The notes: generated from the sequence alone by a model not told the origin. Shown: positions 1-12,934, numbered from the stretch's first letter. The stretch is DNA of 64,000 nt from Amoebidium appalachense (GCA_963693365.1 CAVNZM010000001.1:13688418-13752417), one strand, 5' to 3'. A program made the numbers and translations.

Positions 1-3
1 GGG

Positions 4-46
<43 letters not shown>

Positions 47-242
47 GGGGGGGGGGGGGGGGGAATAGAGAGAGAGAGAAAGAGGAAGAGAAAGTGGGGA
101 GGGAGGGAGGGAAGGAAAGGGAGACAGTTCTGATGCAAGGAAGTCCCGGAAAGGCACATGGGGGAGGTTGAACGGGGGGGGGGGACACTTTTTCTCTTTC
201 TTTTTCTTTTTCCTTCTTCTTCTTCTTCTTCTTTTTTTTTTT

Positions 243-288
<46 letters not shown>

Positions 289-397
289 CATTTTTCTTGG
301 ACTTTTCTCCATTTCTTTTTTCTTTACTTTACCTTTCTTTTTCTTTTTTTTATTATTTTTTTTGTAGGGGGGGAGGGGGGAGGAAAGGGGGGGATGT

Positions 398-580
398 TTA
401 CCGTGTACACCTTGGTACATAGTAGTCGCACACGCTTGGGGCATGGCCAAAGCCGCCACATTTTAGGCACCGTGACAACGGGCACTCATTTGCAGTGTGG
501 CCTGCACGGGGGTTGTTGCAACGTGTACATGCGATGCACGTGTGCGTGTGGTAGTTGGCCTGGCCACAGGAATAGCACCA
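398..580 (-). CDS. Exon encoding tandem CCHC zinc knuckles (host gene fragment)
   Basis: Translation [45 protein letters not shown] resembles Cx2Cx4Hx4C knuckles; the segment is flanked by low-complexity intron-like DNA. Confidence 0.5.
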   Translation of the reverse strand, partial: WCYSCGQANYHTHTCIACTRCNNPRAGHTANECPLSRCLKCGGFGHAPSVCDYYVPRCTR

Positions 581-699
581 CTGTGTACGTGTGTGTGTGT
601 GGGTGTGTATATGTGGGGGGGGGGGGGGGGGGGGGGGGGGGGGAGGGCGGGGGGGAGAGTGAGAAGGAGGGGGGGGGGGGTAAGTGGGTGGGTAGGTAT

Positions 700-762
<63 letters not shown>

Positions 763-1314
763 CCTGTGTGTATGTGTGTGTGCGTGTTTGTGTGTGTGTG
801 TGTGTGCGTGTCCGCACGCGCACACGCCTTCGTGCATGTATTTGTGTGTGTGTGTATTTGCCAAAACTCTGCACCGGAAGGGGGGGGGATGGGGGAGAGG
901 GGGGGGGGGTGGGGGGAGGGAGGGGGCAGGGGGTGAGAGAGGGGGGAGGGGGGATGGGAAGGAGGGGAAAGGAGAGGGTGAGCAACACAAGAGGGCGATA
1001 GAAGTTGAGGGCTGCTGCTGGAATCTCAAGCAGCATTTGACGCCAAAACGGGTAAAAACCTCTTTTCACCAAAAACCACAAACAAACGTTGTCGGCTATG
1101 TTTCTTGGAGAAGATATAGACCTCCGCACCCCCCCTTTCCCCCCTCCCCCCCCCCCCCTCTTCCCCCTCCCCCGTGAGATTGGGGGTGAAGGGGGGGGGG
1201 GGGGGGGGGGTTGGCATGTGCTACACATTCATGACGGACAATAAAATGCACATTGCATAAGCACACATACAGAGTATGTATCATAAGCCACCGGAGAAAG
1301 AGAACAGAGGAGGT

Positions 1315-1355
<41 letters not shown>

Positions 1356-1429
1356 AGAGACGACGGGCGGGGGGGGGGGGGGGGGAGGGGGGAGGGGAGG
1401 GCGGGGAGTGGTGAAGGAGTTTACACATA

Positions 1430-1646
1430 CCTCCTCACCACAAACACATTCCACTTGTTCACAGCCGCTGTTTTTCTCTGTGAGAATGTGGCAGGTGGGG
1501 CACCGACGGATTTTGGACTCCTTGATGTAGCGGTGGGTGTGTTCGTCGATATCACCACTGGCATCCTTATGCCTGATATCATAAAAATACCGTAAGTATA
1601 TTTTCAATGCACATTTCTAAACAATCCTTCTCTGTCTCCTCCACCC

Positions 1647-1695
<49 letters not shown>

Positions 1696-2068
1696 TCCCC
1701 CTCCTCCCCGGGGGCCTGCCATACCCCAAACCAGCCTATTTTTCTCGCTCCAAAACTTTTACCGTATATGGTTAAAAATCGTATCAACACCAATCCCTCA
1801 CCCAATCCACCCCCACGCCCCCCTAATTTCTCTCTCCGCAGCTACATAACTACCCACACGACAATGCCTATGATTGGTGGGTGTTTACCTTCCTGTCCTT
1901 CCCCCCCCCCCCCCTCCCCCCCCCCCTCTCCCCCCCCCCCGCTCTCCCCCCCCCCCCCCCCCCCCCTCCCCCGGCCATGTACACAAACACACACCTTCCG
2001 AACAGTTTCTTGGCATTTCTCCCAACTTCTCCTGCCCTCCACTCTCTCACCCCCCTCCCTCCCCCCCG

Positions 2069-2145
<77 letters not shown>

Positions 2146-2481
2146 ACCCCCTCCCCCCTCTCCCCCTCTTCCCCCCACTGCCCTTCCCCACTTCCCTTCC
2201 TTGCCGCCTCGACAAGTGCCCTGTCGTAGGATTGCACTCCTCTCCTCCCCCCTACTCCCCCACCCACCCCCTCCCCGCCTCCCTCCACCCATCCCCCCTC
2301 CGAGTAACCCCTCCGCCGCCCTCCGAGTGACCCCTCCCCCTCCCTCCGAGAGACCCCTCCCCCTCCCTCCGAGAGACCCCTCCCCCTCCCCTCCCCCGCT
2401 TCCAACATCCCCACTCCCCCCCCCCCTTCCCGCTTCCCCCCGCCCCCTCCCCCCCTTCCCCTCCTCCCCCCCCCCTCCCCC

Positions 2482-2514
<33 letters not shown>

Positions 2515-2870
2515 AAAAAAAAGGAAGAAAGAAAGAAAAGAAAAGAAAAGAAAGACAAAAAAGAGAAAAGAAGCGAAAAAAATAGAAAAGAAGAGAAAAG
2601 AAGAGAAAAGGAAGAATTCAATAAAGGAGAAAAATACGGCATTCACCTTGGCACGTGAGACATAGCCAGTGCTTTCAAGTAGCTTCCATAGACATCCGCC
2701 TGGCACAGGTTGACAATGTCGCCATCGCTTAGTTCGTACAAACAGCCTGGCCCAGGACACAGAATGGTGATGGGTTCGGCACGAGCAACCACAGTGTACT
2801 CGCGAATCTTGATGGTAACATAGCTGTAGAGTGTGCATGTTGGAAAAAGATAAGCTCAGCAACTGTACAA
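1430..2870 (-). CDS. Fragmented multi-exon RBR (RING-between-RING) E3 ubiquitin ligase-like gene; exon boundaries unresolved
   Basis: 1430-1560 gives IRRCPTCHILTEKNSGCEQVECVCGEEVC (Rcat/RING2-like); ~2650-2860 gives LYSYVTIKIRE..ILCPGPGCLYELSDGDIVNL (end of a RING1-like domain). Confidence 0.5.
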
Positions 2871-3072
2871 AGAAAAAACTGGTAGGTTCTGGCAATAGGG
2901 GGGGTCGCGAGGAGGAGAGGGAGGAGGTGTGGGGGTGGTGTGGTGGTGGTGGTGGTTGTGGTGGGGGAGGGGAGAGGGGGGGGGGGGGGGGGAGGGTGGG
3001 GACAGTGGGGGTGGTGGGGGCGCGGGGAGGGAGGGAGGGAGGGAGGGGGGGGGGGGGGGGGCAAAGAGTGCA

Positions 3073-3108
<36 letters not shown>

Positions 3109-4493
3109 GAGGGGGGGGGGGAGGGGGCGGGGGGTGTAGATCCCTCGGGGGAGGGGGGGGGGAGAGGGAGGGGGAGGGGGGGGAGGGGGAGGGAGGGGGG
3201 GGGGGGGGGGTGGAAAGCAAAACCACAGGTGGTTTGCAGTTAGGCGCCACTGTGTAAAGCGGCTTGTTTTACAGTGTGGGTGCGATGGGTGTGCCCCTTA
3301 TTTTTGGACACACGTCCGAGATTAACAGTACAATGTCCATGTTTTGGGTTCTGCGGACAAACTACTGCATGACCGGTGAACACGAGTCACAGAGCACCAA
3401 GTGTCTCACGTGGGCAATGTGTGTGCGCTTAACTGATTGTGAGTATACTTGTAATCCTTTCTTTGAGTTTTTGTCCTAGCCTTTGGTGGCTGTGCGCTGA
3501 CCGGGCCTGTAAGCCCTACCCCGCTCCATGCACGCGCTAAGGAATGTATGCACACACACAAACGCACAACCACACTTGCTCGCTCACCTGACCAGGCAAT
3601 CCACGCAGAAGAGAAAAGAGCACTCATCCTCCCAGTGGCCCCCAACCACCTCTGTGTGATCACGTGCTTCCATGCAGATGGCGCACTTCCTATAAATTGC
3701 CCGCGTGCCCTCGGTCCCGCCCATTTCCAAAAACACACCAAAGGAACCGTTCAAAAAAAAAGACAGGCGAAAGTGTTCGAACGGCCCCTGCAGTTTACAC
3801 GAGAACAGCCGTCTCACAAGTGGGTTGATGGCTGTATAGTACACTGTTTCCTTTTAGGTCAAGTATGTATTCAAGTCCTTGCAACATGAGTTTGTGCATA
3901 TTCGAATTGGTGAGTGGTTTCGAGGATTAGGCCTTCTGTGAGAGCCTTTTATTTCGAATCTTCGAAAAACATCAGACGGAATCACCTCCAGTTCAAGTCA
4001 ACCGGGGACTTGGCCGGGAATGCCGCCAAATGTGCTGCACCTCGGGGAAATTTAAAGAAAACACACCGTAGTACAGCACACACACCTACACACACACACA
4101 CACACACACAGCTCGTACACACACAAACAGCTGTCACACACACAGCGAACTTTTCCACAATAGCGTCCCATAAGCCATAACATTGTGTTCAGAGAACTCT
4201 GTTTTGAGCGGTTAACGTACAGCTGGACCACTTTTCGTTACGCAACAGGCCGCGACACGGAATATTGTTATCTCTCACCTAAATTTAACACAGCATTTTT
4301 ATTCATTTTTAAACCATTTAAAAACTACAAAAACTTAAATCGTGTTATGTTGGCTTATAAATTTGCTTTTATCATGAGCCAGCTCTACCGACTAGAGCCA
4401 GGCGACGGGCCCTGTCCAGTACGTCTCAGCTGCAGTACGGCACTTTTTCGAACTGAATCTCTAAGAAACACACACACACCGTGAACAGGCACA

Positions 4494-4625
4494 GTTACTA
4501 TGGTATAGGTGTCATAAAATGTAGCAGTCGCTGTCCCCCAGCGACAATGCCTTTTGGCCGATCTGGGTAAGCGCTTGGTTATGGACCTCTTCCACCCATG
4601 TTTGAGCCTCTGGCTGGGGCCTTGG
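4494..4625 (+). repeat. ~130-bp repeat unit, copy 1 (inverted partner at 9862-9981, partial direct copy at 9722-9811)
   Basis: atggtatagg..tcataaaatgtagcagtcgctgt..gccttttggccgatctggg recurs directly at 9722 and as reverse complement at 9862-9981. Confidence 0.8.
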
Positions 4626-4961
4626 TTTTTTTTTAGGTCCTCTGCTCTGCCTGACCTTATGTCCGGCTAGTCTACCATGACGTAGACGCCAGACTTGCTA
4701 TACAAAAGATGGTGGAGGTGCAGGCCGCGGGTTTCCGAACCACGCGGTACGATCCCATATGTACCGGGGTTTACGCTGTTTACTCGAGGCAAAGAGAACC
4801 AGTCTCAGGTATGGGGGGGGGGGGTTTTGCTCGGAATATCCCCTCAGCGGTATATCATGATCACGTACATAGATGTCGGGTGGTGACTATATATCAGGGT
4901 TTACTTTCTCTACGAGACACCATAAAGACTACAAGGAGAAATCAATTAGTTGGGGTTCCCC

Positions 4962-5009
<48 letters not shown>

Positions 5010-5052
5010 TTTTTTTAAAGGGGCTCCCCTCGGGACACTCGGTATCAGCTGG

Positions 5053-5101
<49 letters not shown>

Positions 5102-5122
5102 GTGTGTGTGTGTGCGCGTGCG

Positions 5123-8100
5123 CTATAATTTTGTAGTGATGTGTTTCTCAAGCCAATCAATACATCTAATAAACAGGTCGTAGTTACGCGTGTTTAGTAT
5201 AAAATCAAGGATGTTGTAATTTACAGGTAGGCTATCTTTCTGGGTGTCTGTTGTGAATGTGACGTGTGTGTGTTGCGGTATTATGTGGTCTATCAAACTA
5301 CATTTGGCGATACATGACCGGTTAAACTGGTGTGTGTGTGTGTTGTTTGGGCATGCAAATGATGCCACCTTATACTTATTAGATCTCCACTGTATAGCAC
5401 GTGTACAGTAAAAGCGTGGTAATTGATCAATAATACCATCAGCTAGAGAAAGACCAGTTCTACAGGAAGGTAATATGTATTTAGGTGTTATACACTTGCG
5501 AGTGCCATATTTGGCAATATGGTTGAGGCGGTCAGTATATATAAAACGAGACATAAGGCTTAGTTTTTCAAGGTGTATGCTTTCATCGGGTCTAGTGTCG
5601 TGTGGTATCTTTTTCCATTTGTTATATTGCGTGATTATCTTGTGATTGTGTACATGTTTAATAAGTAAGTGGCAGTCCAAAGTCACACACACACTATTGC
5701 GGGGTTTATTTGTATTTGTGCCCAGGGGAGAAGGGGAGAGAGAGGGGAGGAAAGAGGGGAGAGGTGAGGAGGGGACAGGTCGGATAGAGAAGAGAGGGTG
5801 GGAGGGCAAATACTTCTTTAAGCGGCTTATGTGCTTATTGAATTTCAGCGCGAGATAGGATACTCTAGCAGCTATTGGGACCAGACCATATATCGAGAGC
5901 GTTACAGGCCCAGGTTTACAACAGTTGTTAGATAGAAAGGAGGCAACTTCTGCTTCAAGGAAATTTGCCAAGGGTTTAAGCGCTCTAGTTCTCTCTTTCT
6001 TGATCCAAGCGGCGAGAAGGGGTAAACCATATTCACATGCCGGGAAGACAAAAGTGCGAATAAATGTAAGTCTAATAGAAGGATGGAGGGGTGTGTCTTT
6101 AAAAATATTAGCCGAGAAGAAAGCTAACCGCTTACGAGCCAACTCTACCCTCTTTTCGACCATATGGGGAAACATAACACCAACAGAATCAACCGGAACA
6201 CCAAGATATTTGTATTCTGGAACTATAGGTACAGGTTTAGATGATAATGTAAATGTGTGTAAATTGTTAGCTATATCAGGTACAAGAACACCACATTTGT
6301 CTATGTTAAGGATCATAAGGTTTGCCTTGCACCACTCTGACACTACATCGAACAATCTTTGCAGGCGTCTAGGGGTACGGGCAAGGAGGGACAGATCATC
6401 AGCATAGAGAAGTGCAGGCGGAAAGTTATTAATAGGGTCATCGTTTTCGGCGTAAATCTTGACAGCCAAATCATCTATAAATAGGTTAAACAAAAAGGGG
6501 CTAAGCAATGAACCCTGCAAGAGACCTCTAGTACGAGCAAAACCATATGAAAGATGCCCATTAACCACAGCTCTACCATAGGTTTGAGACAAGAGTGCTT
6601 CTAACAGAACACCAATGCAGTGTGGTACACCCCGTGCAGCAAGCTTTTCCCATAGGAGACCAGGGGAGACAGAATCGTAAGCAGTTTTCCAATCAATAAA
6701 GCCAACATATTGTGCACCAACTTGCATAGAATCGTGCAGTGCCATTATTTGAACATAACATGAATTGTTTTTACGAAAAGCGGATTGGCATGGGTGTATG
6801 TGGAGAATAGATTGAAACCTAGGGTGATGTGCAAATAACCTAAGTAAGCAAGCTTCAAAGAATCTACGAACAACCTGGGTTAGTGTAATGGGGCGAAAGG
6901 ATGATATGGGGCCCTCAGAGTCCTTCTTAACTATGGGGATCACTAAGGTATCTAACCAAGATGACGGGACATGTCCACATTTAACACACCAAGAAAAGAG
7001 AGAGCTTAACATGATAGTAAGATCAGGTTTAATAGCACGATCACTTTCCTTTTGTGGGTAGGAGGGAACAAGGATTTTAAGAAACCCAGCAGGGAGTCCA
7101 TCAGGTCCACAAGACTTACTAGAGCTATAACTAGATATCACAGACCATATGGCATCGGGACTGAAAAAGGGGAGGATCGATTCTATGGGGATAGATGGGT
7201 CTACAGGCCACACAATAGGTTTCTGAGCGGGGGTCCTATCTTTAAACAGTTCCGAGAAATACTTATCAGAGTCTATGAGGGGGTCTCCAGTGGTATCACC
7301 AATAATACGAGCAGGGGGGCCAAATCGATTCATACTAGCAAGCCGGCGCAAGCTTTCCTTTTGAGACAGGGGTTCACCTAGTCTAGCGGGAGTGGTGTTT
7401 GGTAACAAGAGAGCATCGGGATATTCCTTCCTACCACCGCCAGCATAATCACCGAGATCTATCAAATCATCAACAATAAAGTTAGTGCATGTATCTAGTA
7501 CGAGATGTGAATCTGGCCTGGCTTGTGCAGATTCTAATAGGCGCATATATATAGGGTGTTTCGTAGCATAGCATACACATACATCAACTCTACCCCACTG
7601 TGACTTAAGCTGGGATAGACGGAGGCGAAAGGTGGGAGGGGGAGGGGGGAGCAGATCAAGGGAGATCTTAGGTAGGAAAAGGATAGGAGAGTGGTCAGAT
7701 GACCTAGAGAGGTTAGGAGGGAGAGAGAGTTTTGACATGGTTGATGGCCAAAAGGCCACTCCCCAGTCGGTGTTGTGGGCATGGGATATTTGAGGGAACC
7801 GCAAAGTGTGACTTTGGACATACCTTGCTAAAGGGATAGCACGCTCCGGGGGCTTAGATGGGTACCCGACACTCACTTGCAGTGTGTCTGTGTGGTGGAG
7901 TCGCGTGTTAAAATCACCTAAAATAACAGTGGACATTGGTAACTGTGACAACTCGTGAGTCAATTCGACAACCGACATAGATGGTGGGTAATATACAAAA
8001 GTAAAAACATTAGAAAGAAACTCTATAGAAACCGAGAATTCCGTTTTTGCTACCGGTTTGCACTTCACTCTCACGTGTGGTGCGGCAAGTACAATAATGC

Positions 8101-8317
8101 CTCGGTTTTTCGCGTAACCGGGGTGTGTGGATGTGTCGACCAATGTAGAGTTGAATTTGTGGTGGTTTTTAAACTGTGTTTCGCAAATCACTGTAAACGT
8201 GTGGTTGTTTGTCTGTTGTTGTATGTAGCTGATTTTATCGTCGAGTGTCCCGGGGGGGAGGCCCTTTTGGGGGCCCAGTGTCCGAGCATTCCAGAAGAAG
8301 AAGGATAAATTAGGCAT
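5123..8317 (-). CDS. LINE ORF2: apurinic endonuclease + reverse transcriptase, 1064 aa
   Basis: APE motifs FWNARTL, ICETQ, ILGDFN, SDHSPI; RT motifs GPDGL, FRPITL, DWKTAYDSV, GLLQGSLLSPFLFNLFID, LYADD, YKYLGV. Confidence 0.95.
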   Translation of the reverse strand: MPNLSFFFWNARTLGPQKGLPPGTLDDKISYIQQQTNNHTFTVICETQFKNHHKFNSTLVDTSTHPGYAKNRGIIVLAAPHVRVKCKPVAKTEFSVSIEFLSNVFTFVYYPPSMSVVELTHELSQLPMSTVILGDFNTRLHHTDTLQVSVGYPSKPPERAIPLARYVQSHTLRFPQISHAHNTDWGVAFWPSTMSKLSLPPNLSRSSDHSPILFLPKISLDLLPPPPPTFRLRLSQLKSQWGRVDVCVCYATKHPIYMRLLESAQARPDSHLVLDTCTNFIVDDLIDLGDYAGGGRKEYPDALLLPNTTPARLGEPLSQKESLRRLASMNRFGPPARIIGDTTGDPLIDSDKYFSELFKDRTPAQKPIVWPVDPSIPIESILPFFSPDAIWSVISSYSSSKSCGPDGLPAGFLKILVPSYPQKESDRAIKPDLTIMLSSLFSWCVKCGHVPSSWLDTLVIPIVKKDSEGPISSFRPITLTQVVRRFFEACLLRLFAHHPRFQSILHIHPCQSAFRKNNSCYVQIMALHDSMQVGAQYVGFIDWKTAYDSVSPGLLWEKLAARGVPHCIGVLLEALLSQTYGRAVVNGHLSYGFARTRGLLQGSLLSPFLFNLFIDDLAVKIYAENDDPINNFPPALLYADDLSLLARTPRRLQRLFDVVSEWCKANLMILNIDKCGVLVPDIANNLHTFTLSSKPVPIVPEYKYLGVPVDSVGVMFPHMVEKRVELARKRLAFFSANIFKDTPLHPSIRLTFIRTFVFPACEYGLPLLAAWIKKERTRALKPLANFLEAEVASFLSNNCCKPGPVTLSIYGLVPIAARVSYLALKFNKHISRLKKYLPSHPLFSIRPVPSSPLPSFLPSLSPSPLGTNTNKPRNSVCVTLDCHLLIKHVHNHKIITQYNKWKKIPHDTRPDESIHLEKLSLMSRFIYTDRLNHIAKYGTRKCITPKYILPSCRTGLSLADGIIDQLPRFYCTRAIQWRSNKYKVASFACPNNTHTHQFNRSCIAKCSLIDHIIPQHTHVTFTTDTQKDSLPVNYNILDFILNTRNYDLFIRCIDWLEKHITTKL

Positions 8318-9494
8318 CGGTTTGGTCCGACACCTGTGGGGTTGGTTCCCACTTGTCGCTTACGGGGTCGTATGCACGACCTTCCGCCAGCGCGAACAGT
8401 TCGCAGAAGAGCTCGATTTCCATCTCGCATCGGCGTTTGCGCTCGAGCAGTTTCTCACCAGAAAACATTGGTTCCTTCGTGTCCGTGTCTATCACGCTCG
8501 TAGCATCGTTTTCCAACTTTGCGAGGAACTCTTTTGCCTTGCTGATGCGTACACGACAACGTGTGGCGCACGCATTCTTAGCAGACACTTTACGTTCTTT
8601 GTCTGCTTTCTGAATGTTTTCCGGCGCGCATGGGTCGTAGCTTGGGAGGTGGGTGAAGAAGCTTCCACACCCCTTTGTCGCGTCACGGATGAACGCACGG
8701 TTATAGTCGCCCCGTACTGCTACTTCCAGCACATCGTATCCAATGAAGGACAGACAAAGGATGCGAGAGCACCGGAAGCCGAGAGCCTTGAAGATGGACC
8801 ACATGGCCCTGTGTGGGCGTCTGCCGTGCTTGACTTTGAAATACACCCTCTCGTATTTGGGTGGGATGTTGATGTTACCGTTTGCTTGGGTGTTCCCCTT
8901 AGCCGGCGGTTTGGAAGGGGAGTTGCGGCGGTACTCGTTGCCTGCAAGAATGCTGGCATATGTTTCCTTGGCAATTTGGCGGAGCTCGGGTGTTTTACGA
9001 GAGTTCGCATATTCTAGGAACTCTGCCGGGAGCTGTGCTTCCGGTCCTGTGTTGTTTTGTGTTGGGGTGGAAATGTCTCCGTCGCGAGATGTTTGCTCAT
9101 GAGTTTTGGGGTTTTGCGATCCACTAATGTTTAGCTGGGCTGTGAGTGAATCAATGGTGAGCTTGAGTTGGGTATTTTCTGTTTGGAGTTTTTCTATCAT
9201 GTTCTTGAGTGGTAACAGCTCATTTAGCTGTTTCTTAACGAGGGCAAGTTCTGCCAGTACTGTATCAACCGAAAGTTTCGGCATGGTTGTTATTGTGTTT
9301 CTACGGAGTGGTGTGGTGTTATTCTGAATGGGTAGTGTATTGTAAATAGGTGTTGCGCTTAGTCTAAGGCGATGTTTTTCTGGTTGTGCATCTGTGGTAG
9401 GTGTATCTGCTGGACGTTTTAATGGTCGCACATGTGTGATGGGTGTAGATGGAACTTTGAAAGAGGTTCTGAAACGATTATAGGCATGTGCCAT
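8310..9494 (-). CDS. LINE ORF1 (coiled-coil, putative RNA-binding protein), 394 aa
   Basis: Directly upstream of ORF2; heptad region LAELALVKKQLNELLPLKNMIEKLQTENTQLK; stop codon overlaps the ORF2 start (ATGCCTAA). Confidence 0.85.
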   Translation of the reverse strand: MAHAYNRFRTSFKVPSTPITHVRPLKRPADTPTTDAQPEKHRLRLSATPIYNTLPIQNNTTPLRRNTITTMPKLSVDTVLAELALVKKQLNELLPLKNMIEKLQTENTQLKLTIDSLTAQLNISGSQNPKTHEQTSRDGDISTPTQNNTGPEAQLPAEFLEYANSRKTPELRQIAKETYASILAGNEYRRNSPSKPPAKGNTQANGNINIPPKYERVYFKVKHGRRPHRAMWSIFKALGFRCSRILCLSFIGYDVLEVAVRGDYNRAFIRDATKGCGSFFTHLPSYDPCAPENIQKADKERKVSAKNACATRCRVRISKAKEFLAKLENDATSVIDTDTKEPMFSGEKLLERKRRCEMEIELFCELFALAEGRAYDPVSDKWEPTPQVSDQTDA

Positions 9495-9721
9495 GACATG
9501 GATGGGGGTGTTCCCCGGCCCTTAGGGCCACGGATGGCCTGGTTTAGGGGTGGATGCGCGAAGGATACTATTTATTAGCAGATAATAAAGAGCGACATTT
9601 GAATCGATGTATGTACCGTTGCTCTATCGACCTGAGATCAATGACCCGGACCGATTTCCGGCTATTAGCTGCGCCATGGCGAAAGAGGCTCCGAGGACGT
9701 AGCCTGTCAAGGGGGGAGTAC

Positions 9722-9981
9722 ATGGTATAGGTGTGTCATAAAATGTAGCAGTCGCTGTTCCGCAGCGGCTATGCCTTTTGGCCGATCTGGGTAAGCGCTT
9801 GGTTATGGACCTATGGTAGTCTGCTTCGACAACCCACTTGCACACGAAAAAAAAAAAAAAATCAAGTCCCCAGCCAGAGGCTCGAATATGGGTGCAGAAG
9901 TTCGAACCCCAGATCGGCCAAAAGGCATTGCCGGTGGGGGACAGCGACTGCTACATTTTATCATATCTATACCATAGTTAC
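9722..9981. repeat. Inverted-repeat pair (9722-9811 / 9862-9981) of the unit at 4494; MITE/TIR-like
   Basis: cccagatcggccaaaaggcatt..cagcgactgctacattttat..ctataccat is the reverse complement of the 9722 and 4494 copies. Confidence 0.75.
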
Positions 9982-11237
9982 AAACATAAAGAGCAGCTAC
10001 TGTGCTAAAACGACTAGGCGAGCAAATTTGAAACCTAGGCCTAGGCGAAAAGCCTTTGCGTCACTTCTAAGACGCAGAGCTACCTATCAGTTACTGTAGT
10101 TCGGTTAAAATAATCATTGGCTTTGTGTGTGCACGGCAGTTATTACTACTATGATACAAAAGCACAGTGCACCCACTCAGGTAGTTATTACAAAGCAGGT
10201 TTATATAGCAGCAAAATCTGATAGCAAAATCAAGCATTCCCGATTGACCCGGCAATTCGTTTACATTTGCAAAAACCACCCCGCAGTAATATTCAGTCTT
10301 CAGAAGCCGAAGTGTTGCAATTTAAACCGGCCGCCTTGCAACGAGAATCACACGTGTTGAAAATGGGGGAGACACAAGGAAGCGTGTGCCCTTCACGTAC
10401 AAGATGTGTGCCATATGCACGGATGTACGTGCACAGAGGCACCTAATCAATATTAGAGCCACTGGAGGTCAGATTGTCGCACTGACTTCTGCTGGGAGTG
10501 CATGGTCCGGTGAGTAAGTGTGTGCGTGTACGCACGTGATTTTTTTTTTTTCTTCTTTTTTCCCCCCCCTTTTTCTTTTTTGGCTTTGAAATTCGCCCTT
10601 TCTTTTTCTTCTTGTTTTCTGTTCTTCTTCTTCTTTTTTTCATTTTCGTGCTTTCTTATTGTGTGGGTACCAGCCCCCGGGCCGGGAGCAATACCTACCA
10701 ACCATACACTGTACTAAGACATACAGTATGTGCATGTTCATGCGCATATTGAGCTATTACCGTGCAACTGCAAGACTTGGTCCTGGGCGGAAATTTAGCA
10801 GAGTTGATGAAGACACATTCAGTCTGACACTATTCCTATATTTGAATTTAAAGCAGGAGCTCTTGTGTTTTTCGTTGTTACTAGTAATATGAGCGTCCGC
10901 CGCATTGAATCTTGAAACGAACACACAGGCCTGCAAAAAAGTACATTGACATCGTTGTAGAATGCACATGCAAAGGTGCTCTTGTATTACAGGATTCTAG
11001 CTAGCTAGGGACAGCCCCCCCCCCCCCCCCCCCCCCCCCCCTTCCCCCGCCACCCCACCCCCACCCCCTCTTGCTTTGCCCCCGAACTCTCCCACACTAA
11101 ATCCCGCTGTTCCCTTGTGCCGTAGCCATCACACTTAAAGGCTATAGGCTGCAAAGTTCCCGGGCCGCCACGGCCACCCTCCTCGACACACACCATACGT
11201 ACGTCACAGACACGCATATACGCAGACGCACCCCGTC

Positions 11238-11824
<587 letters not shown>

Positions 11825-11919
11825 GAGAGAGGAGACTGAGAGGGAGACTGAGAGTGAGAGATATAGAGGGGGGGCTGCGAGGGGAGAGGGGGGGGGGGGG
11901 GGTTAATAATAGTGTTTAT

Positions 11920-12934
11920 GGAATGGAGGATATCGATGCGTGAGGGCCACAGGCGCACGCCCACTACTACTGAGTATGTACTCACGTATGTAGTACTCAC
12001 TCGCACGTGCTCCGAGGCTCAGATGCGAAATTCGCGAATCTTCGTTTCATCCATCCACGTGCCTGAACATAAACATAAACCGTCCATACGTAAACACTCT
12101 TTCGGTTCAATGCATGAATACATACATCAATGATTTAGTTATACTCCTATTAGTCGAGTTCTTGCCTTTTTTCATCTATTTTCATTTGGTTTCTCAGTGT
12201 TGTTGGAAAACTCCATGAGTTGATAGGGTCATGTACGATATCCCCCGTCATCCTGTTGGTTGATCTGTTTAGCCAATCAAAACATATACACACTGCATAC
12301 CATGCATTCCAGCCCAGGGCAGACAATTTGCTAGATTTTATTCCGTTGGATCGTTTTGATTGGCTGCCCTATCTGTTTTTGCCCACACATGGCCCGGGCA
12401 CCACGGAATGGAGGATACACGGTGATATCGACCACGGTCTTTTTTTCAGAGGGCCGTGTATCGACGCGTGAGGGCCCGCGCGGCGCGCACGCCCACCACT
12501 AGTGAGTATGTATACTATGTACTCACGTATGTAGTACTCACTTGCACGTGCTCCGAGGCTCAGATGCGAAATTCGCGAATCTTCGTTTCGTGCATCCACG
12601 TGCCTGAACATAAACATAAACCGTCCATACGTAAATACTCTTTCGATTCAATGCATGAATGCATATATCAATGATTTAGTTATATTCCTATTAGTCGAGT
12701 TCTTGCCTTTTTTCATCTATTTTCATTTGGTTTCTCAGTGTTGTTGGAAAACTCCATGAGTTGATAGGGTCATGTACGATATCCCCCGTCAATCGTCATC
12801 CTGTTGGTTGATCTGTTTAGCCAATCAAAACATATACACACTGTATACTATGCATTCCAGGGCAGACAATTTACTAGATTTTATTCCGTTGGATCGTTTT
12901 GATTGGCTGCCCTATCTGTTTTTGCCCACACATG
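11920..12934 (+). repeat. Tandem direct duplication of ~470 bp (11920-12391 and ~12458-12934)
   Basis: Shared text from gcgtgaggg..ctccgaggctcagatgcgaaattcgcg through ..tttgcccacacatg, with scattered mismatches. Confidence 0.9.

Larger units (their letters stand above)
4963..9600 (-). mobile_element. Non-LTR retrotransposon (LINE) with intact ORF1 and ORF2 (APE-RT); 5' boundary approximate
   Basis: ORF1 and ORF2 in tandem, 3' UTR with (CA)n, poly(A) tail (poly-T at ~4963-5016 on +); no TSD identified. Confidence 0.9.
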
